From NCBI GenBank assembly GCA_021613535.1, contig CP075494.1, positions 11,470,001 through 11,534,000 on the forward strand: a stretch of 64,000 nt of DNA. The letters run 5' to 3'. A program made the position numbers and the translations under genes. Below the pieces are notes generated by a model that was not told where the DNA came from, ran no database searches, and saw only the letters and a program-made list of their open reading frames with translations. Below, piece by piece: positions 13,900 to 27,928 of the stretch (the first letter of the stretch is position 1; the number at the start of each line of letters is the position of its first letter). Source of the stretch: Adineta vaga (taxonomy: Eukaryota; Animalia; Rotifera).

Positions 13900-14293
13900 C
13901 TGGATTCTATGCAAGCATGTCAAACCTCAATCCACATATTGACTCTTCTGCATTTTCAATTCGAACTGGTGATTGGTCTCGGTATTTTTGAAGACCTGAG
14001 CAACTCTTCGTTTGTTTCCAAGATGCCACTCATTTGGTTACAAAGTTACGGAATCGTCTGCTGTTGTAGACAGCAGATTTGCGAATTGGTGATGCAAATA
14101 TAACACTCGAACACTTACAGCAGATACTTGATGATTCAGAAATAACAAAATTAGATCATGGGCTGCACAAATCGATTTAAAACCGTCAGATCGACAAAAT
14201 TTGCGATCATGTTTTAGAATTACAAATTCTCATGTTCTTAATTTACTAGCTCGTGATGGAAATGCTGATGGAACACATATGTATTTGCAATTA
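13900..14293 (+). pseudogene. Decayed P-element/THAP9-like transposase fragment
   Basis: The + frame, with stops and frameshifts, reads FVCFQDATHLVTKLRNRLL..ITKLDHGL..DLKPSDRQNF. This resembles the DxxHxxKxRN motif of P-superfamily transposases. Confidence 0.65.
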
Positions 14294-16506
14294 CAGTAAA
14301 ACCTCCCATAGTGGACACTCCTCCATAGTGGACACCTCTCTACAGTGGACACTCCTGTATAGTGGACGCTTTTTTCAGTCCCAATTGTATGAATCACCTC
14401 TCTACAGTGGACACTCTTTTAATAAAAAGAAATGTTTGATATTAATGATCAAACGTAAAATATATACATAGCGTCTATCAATTAACGAATATGTAAGAAA
14501 AAAGGAAATGTCCGCTTCGTCAAATTACCCCGAAAAAAACGACGGAACAAGCGACAGTAATATTGTCACATTTGTTGTATTTTGCTATCATGAACGATAT
14601 CACGCCTGAGCGAAAAACGTTAACTCTTGAAAGAAAGATTGCTTTAATCAAAGATAATCAAAATGGTCATGGAATGTCCACACGGGATTTAGCTATCAAA
14701 TATGGGGTTTCTAAAAGTAGTGCTGCAAACATTATTCGCCGAAAAGAAGAATATCTATCAGATTATGCTTCAAATTGCAACAAAGGAATTAAAAGAAAAC
14801 AGAAAGATGATAGTGGACAAATGATTGATGAATTGGTATTTGAATGGTTTAGTATACAACGTTCGAAAAACATTCCTATTAGCGGACCTATTTTACAAGA
14901 AAAAGCAAGACAATTTTCCGAACAATTAGGATATCTTCCAGATGAATTTAAAGCATCAAATGGTTGGCTCGAAAAATTTCGCATTCGTCATGCAATTTCT
15001 TTTCGAATAATTTCAGGTGAGAGTAATTCAGTTGATAATTCTACGGTTGAAGAATGGACAAAAAGACTTTTAACAATTATTGAAAAATTTGACAAAAATG
15101 ATATATTCAATGTAGATGAGACAGGACTTTTTTATCGTGCATTACCAGATCGTTCTTTAGTATTGAAGAAAGAAGAGTGCAAAGGCGGAAAGAAAAGTAA
15201 AGAAAGATTGACAATTTTACTATGTTCAAATTGGAGTGGATCTGAGAAGCTAAAACCAGTTGTTATTGGTAAGTTAATATACATTGATTAATCGCGAGTT
15301 TAATTAACTTGTGTGTTTCAGGAAAAAGTCAACGTCCTCGGTGTTTTAAAAACATCAGTATTTCTGATCTACCAGTTACTTATCTTGCAAATCGTACAGC
15401 TTGGTTGAATTTAAACTTATTTACTAATTGGCTCACTACTCTTAATAATCGAATGAAAAGAAATAATCGTAATATTCTTCTATTTTTAGATAATGCACCT
15501 TGTCATATGGTTAATGAAGATTTTTCTAATATAAAATTAGTCTTTTTTCCACCAAACACTACTTCTAAATGTCAACCATTAGATCAAGGCGTCATCAAAT
15601 CATTCAAATGTTATTATCGACAAAAATTAGTTCGGCATATTATTTCTCAATGTACTTTCGCTCAAACCATTGATCAAATTTCAATTAGTGTCTTGGAGGC
15701 AATTAAATGGATCGATTTAGCATGGAAAACAGTAACTGATGTCACAATTCAAAATGCATCTCGTGCTGCAGGTTTTATTAATTTACTATTAACATCTCCA
15801 TCTACAATTGATATTAATACTGCTGATCAAGCTGATTTACAAACAATCAATCCTGAACATTCACTTGAACAACTTGAATCTTTACTAGCTCATGTTACAA
15901 TTGGTGACCAACAATTAACAGCTGCTGAATTTGTTGATATTGATGCTTCAATACCTGCTTTTAATGAATGGGACGATGATGTACATTTAAAGGAACTGAT
16001 TGAACTTTCTCAAGAAGATCAAAATGAACAGGAAGAAGAAGAAATATGTACAACGAAAAAGTTACCTAATATAGCTGAAGTGATGGAAATGGTAAGACGA
16101 ATTCATCTTTATACAATTAACGAACAACCTCAATTACATAATACTTTATACGATTTTGAATCACAACTTATTGATGTATATCTCAATTCAAAAGCAACTA
16201 AACAAAGTTCTATTAAAGACTATTTTTCACCTTGTTAAGTTTTTTTTGTCTATCTATTATTTTTTTGTTGCTTATTTATTTTCTTATTAATGCTCAATTT
16301 CATTGAAACAATAAAAATTAAAGAGTACATATCCTAACTGATCATTTTTTCTTAAGAATTTATGTATATATACAGAAGTAAGCCTATTTCATTCTTATAT
16401 GTTGGTTTTGAGCAAGAAAACATTAAACCTCTACAAAGTGGACACCTCTCTATAGTGGACACTTTTCAACAGTCCCTGAGGTGTCCACTATAGAGAGGTT
16501 TCACCG
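14294..16506 (+). mobile_element. pogo/Tigger-family DNA transposon, full length
   Basis: Flanked by TA (14292-93, 16507-08). TIRs are CAGTAAAACCTCCCATAGTGGACAC and the reverse complement of CGGTGAAACCTCTCTATAGTGGACAC. AGTGGACAC-core repeats are reiterated subterminally. Confidence 0.93.
14590..16238 (+). CDS. pogo/Tigger transposase (CENP-B-type HTH plus DDD domain), one intron 15269-15321
   Basis: FKASNGWLEKF, FNVDETGL, LLFLDNAPCH, QPLDQGVI (30 residues between the last two Asp). The intron GTAAGT...TTTCAG joins the two ORFs in frame. Confidence 0.93.
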
Positions 16507-17626
16507 TATGTTCAAAGTGCACATGTTCACATTCTATGATTTATGTATAACGCTCAGATATATGAGTATTCCTAATTTTTTGAAAAATGAGTTATCCATT
16601 GAAAGTTATGAGTTAAAATAAATAATAATGATAGAACATTAGAACGGAAGAGCAATGCTCTCGTCTTCTATACGGAATTATTTATTCGCTAGCCGATATC
16701 ATGAATAGATATCTTTAAAAGTATATAGATTTGTCAGATTTCTCCTTCTTACGTTTTCTATTGACTCCAGATTTACTATTGTTCCCTAGACCATTTTTAA
16801 AATTTCCAAGTGCAAGATGAATATCTGCAAATAAAACTGAATACATTATTTTTCTGTCTTCATCTAATAGAATTCGCTTTGATTTGATTGTTCGGTTAGA
16901 ATGAAATACACCCTAAGCATATTTCTGCCAATGTCACCTGTACCTATTTAAATAAAACAATATAGTTTATTTGCAATTCGTAATCTAATTGAGAATTACT
17001 ACGTCTTGAAGTCAGTTTCAAGATTCTTTTTTGAAAAGAATAAAATATATTAGCATAATGAAATGAAAAGACAACATTCCTATTATTATAAACTCACAAT
17101 GTACATACGCGGTTAGTTCATATTTTGAATTTGATGACGGTTTCCAATGCTACTTTCACTGTTCAATCGTTTGTATCTTAATCAAGAACAAGCCAGGATA
17201 TATAATGACGAGTATAGAACATTGATAGAAATTGCAAAAAAATTTAGTTACACACTCTTAAACTTCAATGCGACTGTATCCGACCTGGTAGCAATATCTA
17301 CATCTATAAGAAAAAGTAATCGTTCCTCACTTCAGTGCAGAAACTTTAGAATAGAACAAATAAATTTATGGACATTAAAAACTATTCTGATTCCCTCTAG
17401 CCAATTTATCGTATAGATTGGTATTCCCTATTTAAAGATTGAATCATGCCAACATCATACGATATACCAAATACCGAGCATTTAGTAATATTACAATATA
17501 AGAGAAACAATGCTCAGCAGTAGCAATGCTTGAGTACAAGTTGTCAACTATGTCAAAAAAAGAAATTTTATTTCAATGTAAAAATAATTAATATCTGAAT
17601 AAAAGATTGTCTGATTGTCTTTTTGT

Positions 17627-18953
<1,327 letters not shown>

Positions 18954-19020
18954 GTTTCAAGTTTTTGTTAGTGAATAGTTTGAAAGTGAATATAAGATGT
19001 AGATTGAATAGTTAGCTTGT

Positions 19021-19131
19021 CTTTATATAGTATGAGGTGTGTGTGAAAAAGTGCTGTCTTAGCATGACCATATAAGGTAATTCATCCGTGTTGTCTACCT
19101 TTTTCTTTGATGTTCGAAAGAGATTGAGTCA
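19021..19131 (-). promoter_or_regulatory. Actin B promoter: TATA, CArG, AP-1-like
   Basis: CCATATAAGG at 19068-19077; duplicate of the copy A promoter. Confidence 0.65.
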
Positions 19132-19269
19132 TCGGAATGAAATTGTGCAATTTCTACTTTTTTTATTGAGATATAGGCAGATATGCTTATAGTGCATACC
19201 GTAAAAGGAGATTACTTGAAGGAGGAAAATGAGTCGCAATAAAGTGTTTATTTATTTTATTTTTGACGA

Positions 19270-20058
19270 TTAAAAAATCGTTAATAAAGCAAAAATTCCA
19301 TAAAACAAAGCGCAAGGATATGCGACAAGTAATTGTTGTCCAATCATGGCTAATGATGTTGCGAAAAGTTTCGAAGCAGATAGAGAACACCATAGAATAA
19401 AGATCGATGCAGCTATTAACCCGACTAAACCATTTAATTTAAATAAGAATGAGGAAAATGAAAGAATAACCATCGGCAAAAGACAATAACCAAGAACACT
19501 TGTTACAAATAAACCTGAACATGGTTTATCTGGAGATGTCATCATATTTAATAATCCATACATTCCAACAGTTCCTAAGGTTACAATACCGTAAACATAC
19601 CCAAAATGTATTTTACCTAATAATAAAAGACTAGATGCAAATGCAAGACAAAATACCAATGGACCGGCCAGATCAACGTCATCAAGAATAGATGCATCTG
19701 GTTTTGCAAATGGATTTAAAACTGATTTTGTCTTTTTAAATATATGATCGAAATTAATACCCAATTCTTCAAGTAAAGGTAATTCTTCTTCACTCTCACC
19801 CGTTGGATTTACCGGCTGTGGAAGATAATCATCTGGCCGATAGTATTGATTGGGATTATTTTGAGCGTTCATATTATATTGAGATGGCATAAAACCGCCC
19901 ACACCTCCGCCTGCATAAGAGCCATGTTGTCTTTGTGGTTGTTGCTGCTGCTGCTGCTGTTGTTGTTGTTGTTGTTGTTGCAGTTCGTAAGCTGTTGGAC
20001 CTGTATATTGTTGATTATATGAAGTTGGATCAAAGAATCCTTCTGAATTCCACGACAT
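19270..20058 (-). CDS. YIPF5: Yip1-domain protein YIPF5/7, intronless, N-terminal poly-Q
   Basis: EEELPLLEELGINFDHI, DLAGPLVFCL, SVLGYCLLP, LVAYPCALFYGIFALLTIF. Likely start is MSWNSEG at 20058. Confidence 0.93.
   Translation of the reverse strand: MSWNSEGFFDPTSYNQQYTGPTAYELQQQQQQQQQQQQQQPQRQHGSYAGGGVGGFMPSQYNMNAQNNPNQYYRPDDYLPQPVNPTGESEEELPLLEELGINFDHIFKKTKSVLNPFAKPDASILDDVDLAGPLVFCLAFASSLLLLGKIHFGYVYGIVTLGTVGMYGLLNMMTSPDKPCSGLFVTSVLGYCLLPMVILSFSSFLFKLNGLVGLIAASIFILWCSLSASKLFATSLAMIGQQLLVAYPCALFYGIFALLTIF
19939..19983 (-). repeat. CAA/CAG tract encoding poly-Gln
   Basis: (TTG)n/(CTG)n run on the + strand inside YIPF5. Confidence 0.9.
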
Positions 20059-20128
20059 ATCTGAAAAAGAATATGAAATTGTCATACGGATCAAGTTTAT
20101 TTAAGAGAAAAAAAGAACAAGATTTCGT

Positions 20129-21793
20129 CTATTTTTTTGCGGCATTTAAACCACCCCCGGTGTTAGTCTTAAAATAGATGATATCTCCATCTTCAACAAC
20201 ATAATTTTTTCCTTGTTGACGATATTTTCCTTCCGCCTAAAACAACCAATAAAATAGAAAAAGAAATGCGAACAATATTTTCGTCTTACTTTAACGGCAT
20301 TTTCATTTCCAAATTCTTTGAAATCATCAAATTTCATTACTTCAGCCATAACAAAACCTTTCTCAAAGTCAGTATGAATACGCCCAGCAGCTTGTGGTGC
20401 TTTTGTTGCCACTTGTATTGTCCATGCTTTAACTTCGTCTTCACCAGCAGTAAAAAAGTAACATAACTGTAATGCTCGATAACCAGCAAGAATAATCTTC
20501 TCCAAACAACTACACAATGGATTGAAATGATACAAATTCCACTGAGACAAACTCAATTACCTTGGTGCTCCTGTTTCTTTTATCAATTTTTCACGTTCTT
20601 CATCAGATAAATCGACGAGACGATATTCATAATTAGCACTGAATGGTATCACAGTGGCACCGGAGTCGTGTTCATCGATCCATTGTTTTACTTTTCCTAA
20701 CCATTTATTTTTCTTCTTTACATAATCTTCTTCTGCCATATTGAGTAGATAAACCATCGGTTTGGAAGTATTAAACAGATGTTTATTTAAAACTTCAATT
20801 TCTTTTTCATTCCATTCATGGAAACGAACATTACCTTTCTCTTCACTTAATGTCTGTAAGACTTTATTAATGGTTTCCTAGAGAGAAAGATTCAATAGAA
20901 TATCTAATAACAAGATGAGCACATACGTAGTCTGCTTTTAATGCTTTATCATTTCCACGTACAACTTTCTTTTCTAAATCTTCAGCTGTTTTCTTACACA
21001 TTTCAAGATCTTTCAATCTAAATTCACGAATTAAATTGAATTTAACTATGTCACCTGAGCAAAGAAGATGATTAACCTTAATTCATCGTGAATAATTTCA
21101 ATATCACGAACAGGATCAACATTTCCTTCGACGTGAGCAATATCAACTTCATCGAAAAGTCGAACCATATGAAAGATACCATCACATGCTTTTATATGTG
21201 AAAGAAAAGCATTTCCAAGACCTATATTGAATTTAATAATAAATTGATTGAGGAACATCATTTCATTTACCTTGTCCTTCACTGGCACCTTTAACAAGAC
21301 CAGCTATATCGACAACCTAAATTTAATTGAAACTTAATAAATAAGAGTGAATTGGTAAATGCTATTTACGTTAAGAAATGCTGGTTGTTTGCTAAAATTA
21401 AAATACTAGATTAGAATTTGATCAACTTTTTGAAAAAAAAAGACATACCTTGCTGGTTTATAATGTTCACATAAATGATCGAATCGTGAATCAGGTACAG
21501 GTACTCGACCTAAGAAACAGTTCAATAATTATTTCGAATTCCTGTATGTAGTTATTACTTTCATTAGGATTGATCGTACAAAAAGGAAAATTCTCTGCTG
21601 GTACACTTGATTTCGTAAGTATGTTGAAAAAAGTTGATTTTCTATGTAGATAAATATAGATAAAAAGTAGCATTCGATAGAGATAAGGAACTAACCCAGC
21701 ATTAGGAAGACCCACAATACCCATTTTCAAATTAGTACCAACACGTCCAATAAGGGTCTTTGGTTTTGCTTCTTCTTTCTTTTTTGGTGGCAT
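20129..21793 (-). CDS. OLA1: Obg-like ATPase 1, multi-exon
   Basis: [75 protein letters not shown] at 20131-20129. Confidence 0.96.
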
Positions 21794-21942
21794 GATCTTT
21801 TCTTTAAAATCTTATCTAAAAACAAAAAACAATTCACATAAAATGTTCATAAAATGATATATCTATATATTTCATTGTTATTTTACTGATCACATATATT
21901 TCGAATACCAATATATAAATAAGAGGAAAGTCTACTTAAGTA

Positions 21943-22899
21943 TTAAATTTTCTTTGTTGTTGTTGTTGTTATCGGTGATGATGATAAAATTGTAGTTGCA
22001 ATGGTAGTAACTGATTTCGGATTAATATTATTGTCAGAAATATGAAAAAATACAAACATAATACAAACAGCCATTAATAAATGTGCTAAAAGAACAACTA
22101 ACATTGATATCGCACTGAGACGTTTATGATCCGAATTGATTGTTGGCCAAAACGTGACCACTAAAACACTACCACTGATTAATGATGCAATAAATGTTAA
22201 TGTCCATTGTAACCAATTGATTGGAATAATCCAAAGGATAGATACAGGAATAAATATAGTTAAACTATAACCATAGAGGCAGAGTAATTCTAAGAATGTA
22301 TATTCAATACGATTTAAACGCCATCGAAAGAAGAAATAAATAAAAGTAGGCATTAACCACCAATAGAGACAAACAAGCTAAAAATACCGAAAAAATAACA
22401 AAGATTTTTCTTTGTTTGATTAACTTACAATTGCAGATAATGTTATTCTTGAAAAATCAATTTGAAATTCAACATCAGGTAGATGAAAATAATTCACAAT
22501 GTTTCCACTGATTGCTACAGTTATAATAAATGTAACACAAACCCAAAATGGACCATATAAATCTGGATTTTGTCGAAATGTTGAATCGAAATATGATTTA
22601 TTTGGTCGTGGAGTAAATGAAGCAACTAAACGTTCTAATACTTGTTGTGTATCAACTTCAAAATATTTTTGATAATATTCAATTTGCCAAACCTGTACTT
22701 GTTCAGGTTTCGAATCAGTTGATGTTGCTGGCAATGGAAGTAAAGGTCTTTCCGAATCAGGTGGATGCATTGATTGACTTCCAAAATGTTCATCATCAGG
22801 ATCCATAGCAGAATTTGGAAAAGATGTAAACACATGTGTTTGACTTGGATTTGTAGATGAAGTTTTATTAGTAAGAAATCCATCATTTGAAAACATCAT
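21943..22899 (-). CDS. YIPF1: Yip1-domain protein YIPF1/2, 2 exons
   Basis: WQIEYYQKYFEVDT, NPDLYGPFWVCVT, LCLYGYSLTIFIPVSILW. Confidence 0.9.
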
Positions 22900-23041
22900 T
22901 GCGAAAGGTAATGTAATCGTTGATGACGTTGTTAGAATTGAAACTTTTTTATTTCTGTCTTGATTTTATTGGATTGTATGTACCAATGAAATATTCGTTG
23001 GATTCTAGTAACTAGCGACAACATTGGAAAGTATAAATGAA

Positions 23042-23054
23042 ATTGCTTAGTAAC
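23042..23054. promoter_or_regulatory. Candidate RFX X-box
   Basis: ATTGCTTAGTAAC resembles GTTGCY-N-RGYAAC and lies about 90 bp upstream of a putative ciliary gene. Confidence 0.35.
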
Positions 23055-23140
23055 AAAATTCTATGCGTAGCTGACAATGAAAAATAGTTTAGAATAATAT
23101 ACTTGTTATTTCTAGATTCTTTTTTCTTATCAACTACAAC

Positions 23141-24445
23141 ATGCTCGATTCTAATTCAGCTGAACGTCGACAAGATCTTTTTCAAACAAGTAGTGGAGTT
23201 GGTCATCAGTATCGACCAGGATATTATTTTCCTTCATCTAATTTTCGGGTATTGATACAGTTCCTTGTTTGTTTTTCTTTATATTACTTTCTTTTTTGAA
23301 TCAATAGCGAGTATTCACTGATCCATTACCACCTCGACTTCGCTCGGCTGACGAAGTTACACCTCAACAACATTTTAAAACAACCAATGCTATTTATCAT
23401 GACAATAAATATCCTCAACAAGAAGTCTACAATGATCAAGTAAACATGCACAAGAAAGCACCGGCTTTATGGAAAGGTATTTACATGATTTTCTTTTATC
23501 ATAGATGTAAGAATTGAATATTTCTTTTCTTTAATTCTCTAGTTAATTATATGAGTGATTTTGTTGAAAAATTGAAAGCTCATGGTTGGAGTCGTCCATT
23601 AACAATGTCTCATCAAAAAAGTGAATACAAGGAAGAATATGATACCAAATCAAATATCAAGTCCGAATTAGATCGTATCGATGGACAATTACCATATTTA
23701 ACACGACCTGATGCACCAGTAACTAAAGTAAAAATCTAAACATTGATCAATCTATTGTAGAAAAAAGAAATATCAAATATATTTAGGCTATACGTGAAGA
23801 TGATCGACAAACAAAACCACCCTCAATTGCACGTACATGGGATCCATCTGAACAAGGTGTTTTCACTTATCTTGATCCTTACTTAACAACATACAATAAA
23901 GAGCATCGTCGTTGGAGAAAGTATGTTGTTTTTAGCTGATTGAAGAAAAAGAATTTTTGAGTGATTTATGTCTTCACAGAGATGAATGGCAAGGTATTGG
24001 TAAGAAAGATCCATTGACTTATTGGGATGCAGAAGAATATCCGAAGTCAAAAGGTTTTGGTAATTCATCAAATCTATTACCAATTGATAGTGTTGAACGT
24101 GAACAATTACCCATGCGTGATGCAATTTGGTTTTCAACACCAGCAAAAATTCGACAAGTTCATCAACCAGCACGCATAATTCCTCATTCAGGTCTTACTA
24201 CAGAAACTCGTATGTATTCATTTGTTTGTTTTTTTTCGAATATCTGTATGAATATTTCATTCTTAGGTGAGCAATTTGTTGCTCCAAGTCATGTCAATGC
24301 TAAAGATAGCAAATATTGTCCAATTAATACTCCGTATCTTCAACCAGCACCAGGCTCAACATCAACTTATGCTACTTCAGCAATGTATCGAACAGATTCA
24401 ATGAATTATGGCAGTGAAAAACCAGTTACTTTATCGGGATTATAA
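23141..24445 (+). CDS. Putative ciliary microtubule inner protein, SAXO3-like, multi-exon
   Basis: MLDSNSAERRQDLFQTSSGVGH..DPLPP..EKLKAHGWSRPLTMSHQKSEY..YLDPYLTTYNKEH. Resemblance to SAXO3 is from recall; the S/T-x-Y-type motifs are typical of microtubule inner proteins. Confidence 0.55.
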
Positions 24446-24798
24446 AATTAATATATATATTTTGATTGATTGCGTCTTTTCTTCTTCTTCTTCTTATACG
24501 TATGTCCAGAAATGTACATGCTTATAAATAAAAAAAAACCTATATATCACATTTATAATGGATTAGGATCTAGGCAATTTTAATGCACTTCTATGCATAT
24601 AGATTAAAATCATTTGTTAATCGATGAACTGTATGTCTAGAGCAAAACGAAATGATCATTGTATTATATATAACTATGAATAGTAAAGTTTGATGGTAAT
24701 ATTACTGGACATACTAAGAGTATGTGAAAGTAAAAAATTTACATATGAAAGAAAATAGAAATCTACATACAATTTATTTCATTGTTTGAATAAGTAAG

Positions 24799-27645
24799 AT
24801 GGAAATTGAAAGTCAATTTGGTGACAGTCTTTCATCACTGACAAGTGAAAGTATTAGTCAACCTAACTATCGAACACCATATGAACAACATAGTGCTCAT
24901 TATACATCACTATCGAATTTTCACATGGATGACGAAGAAGAACAACAACAAAAAGGAGTTACAATGAATAAGACAATGCAACCAATAATCATAAAAAATA
25001 ATCTTGATACAAAATCGAACAATTACCATCATCATCGTCATCATCATCATTCGGCAAAAAAATCGAAAAATCCTCGATTTAAAACACTTCTACGCCCAAG
25101 AAGTTGGCCAAATCCATTTGTGCAAGGACAGTAAGTAAAATTTATTTTTCCTTATCAAATAAAAGCATCATTTATGTCTATTCTTTTTAGAAATAATGAT
25201 GAAAATGCTGATGCTTATAAAATCTTTAGTATTCTCTATGGTTTAGGTCAGTAATGAAAATGAAAATAAATCTTATGAAAAGAACTTCATCCATTTTAGT
25301 TGTTTTCATTGGTGGTGTTGCTTTTTCAATATCTCATGCATTAATTCCAAGAGAAGAAGGAGAAAATATCAAACATTTAGCTGCAGTAATCCAAATCTAC
25401 AAACTACAAATATAAGTTTTTATCTCATTTCATTTTCTTCTTAGATTTACTTTACATATCTCTATTGGGTATCCATCGCATGGATTGTATTTTGTATTGT
25501 TGATATTGTTCGTCATAAACGAAAATTACATACTCATCTTACAGGAATAAATAAATTAGATTCAAATCCTATGAAAATGAATATCTTTCAAAAACATCAT
25601 GATTTAAAACTTAATTCAATACCACAATTCAATTTAGAATTATTTAATAATTCTGATGATGATGAAGAAACGCATTCAATCAAATCAACTTTAAATGATG
25701 ATATTCAAAGTTCTCAATCAGATAATTTATCAAGTGTAATGGCAAGACCAAGAAATATTTTAATGAGACGACAAGTTTTAGATCCTACTGGAACTCATAC
25801 GTTAAGAAATTACGTATCACATCGAAAAGATGCTATTGTACAACGTATTATTGGATATAATTATGATGATCATTCAACAGCTGGTGGTCTCTATATTCGC
25901 GTTGGCATCGGAAGTAATTTGAAAACTCATGATCTTGTGAATTACATGGTTTTTGTTTATATATAAATTTAGTTTTCTGTTTGGGAACAGTAATACATTC
26001 AGGTCTATCTATTTTGAGTAATCTTGAAATTCTTGCCTGTACACGATGGACTGCTGTTATGGATGATTTTTCAAGATTATTATTTAGTTTCATTCAATTT
26101 TTCTTCATTTTTAAACATTCAAATGTACGTATTTCGATCAAATCATAGGTACTGTTAATAATATGCTTTGAATTTAGTTAATCATACGAGCCCACGAAAG
26201 TTTTGCAAGATTAGCAGTGATGCATGTGGTAGTAACAAATTTATGTGTTTGGTATCTAGAATATGAATGTGTGTATTCAAAAGATTTTATATGATTTTTC
26301 TAGGTTTCGTATGGTTGTTATTGAAACGAAATCTCAAATTTTAGAAATGAGTGCTCATGAAATGGCTACTGGACAAGTAAAATCCGTTGTAATAAACAGT
26401 AACTATTCTACGAGAAGTAGTCAAAATATTGTCAATCAATTTCATTGTACACAATCGATGGAAGATGCTCTTTTCATGACGACTTATATTAATGAAGGAT
26501 ATATGAAATTAAAACCACTTCTATATCCATGTACTATCGAATTTAGTCTTATGTGTTTAACAGTAAGTATAATTTGAAGTAGAAGTTTTCTTCAATAAAA
26601 ACTTTGAAATTTCTAGTTGTTTTTTCTCATTTGGGAAAATATTGGTAAAACATTCTCTTATAAAATGTCAGATAAAGCATCGACAAAAAATGTTTTTATG
26701 GTCAATTGTCATGCATCAATCAAAGGTTTATTTGCTGGAATGATTATCTTTTCATGTACAACTATATCGATCATACTCTATGCTGTTTTTCGTAATAAAA
26801 TTGGTGATGATATTAGTCCTATATTAACTGCAATGCAGATTCCTGAAACGACAACAGCAATTATACCATATCGAAATCGATCATTTGTAGCAACATCTGC
26901 TCATGGTCCATTTACATCGATATCAAAAACACCTAAGAAACTTCTTTATAGTATTGCTATTGTTGAAATCGTTAATTTATGTTTGTTAATTATTTCTTTA
27001 TTTGCAACCATATGGGCATTGATAAAAATACGTAAATTACAATATCGAAGAATAGCAACACGTAAATATCAAGGAATTTCAATGATGAATATAAATTTCT
27101 TCTCTTTAGGTTTTGATAATGTTTTAATTATTGTATCATTAACAGGTATCTATTTATATTCAATCTTTAGTGCATTTGCATTATTCAATAATCAAAATTC
27201 AGCCACATGGATTGCATATGTTAAAATCGTCATTGTTATTCTAGGTAGCAAAAAGAATTAAGATATGATTTCGATCAAAGACTTTCTTTATCTATTTATT
27301 TAAGAATTTATTGAAGGTACAATTCATGCATTCTTCATATTAGTAGCATTACGTAAACGTCTTAATCGAACAAGTAAACATGAATATCCTGCACGTGAAG
27401 TCATTACTTTATTAATCATCTTGGATTTAAGTTTATGGTTTGAAGAAACAACGACAACAACAAAACATGAAGCAAATCCATTTCAATTAGCTTTCTATCA
27501 TGTTATACCATGGTCAATTATTGCAGCAATTGCGACACCACTTCAAATTTTTTTTCGTTTTCATGCTTCTGTATGTCTCTCACATGTGTGGGAAAATATG
27601 TACACTTTACCAGCTTCGGAGCCAGTTGCTCCTCATGGATTATGA
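24799..27645 (+). CDS. OTOP: Otopetrin-family proton channel, multi-exon
   Basis: GGLYIRVGIG, FFIFKHSN, LYPCTIEFSL, VNCHASIKGLFAG, PLQIFFRFHASVCL. Confidence 0.92.
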
Positions 27646-27928
27646 TTAAACTTCTTCTTTCGCTATATCTATTTGCTATTCTTTCTATCACCATTTTTTA
27701 ATATACATATATCTATCGCGATGTACATATGAACTCCATCGTTCTCGTAGTTTGATGAAGGACAATCGACGACTATGGCGAGACATTTCTTTTTTTCTCC
27801 ATTAACATCATCAGCTGAGTGTAAAGAATATAAAAAGAAAAAGAAAAGAAAAGAAATGGAAAAAGGTCAGTCAGGCTAGCACGCAAGCGACGGGCTCATT
27901 CGTACAACAGTTATTTTGATATTCAAGA

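Noticed and set aside
14294-14420. AGTGGACAC repeats as a CRISPR-like array
   Set aside because: No unique spacers of regular length; they are pogo terminal and subterminal repeats in a eukaryotic context.
16750-17180. Minus-strand splice-like signals
   Set aside because: No coherent ORF could be assembled.
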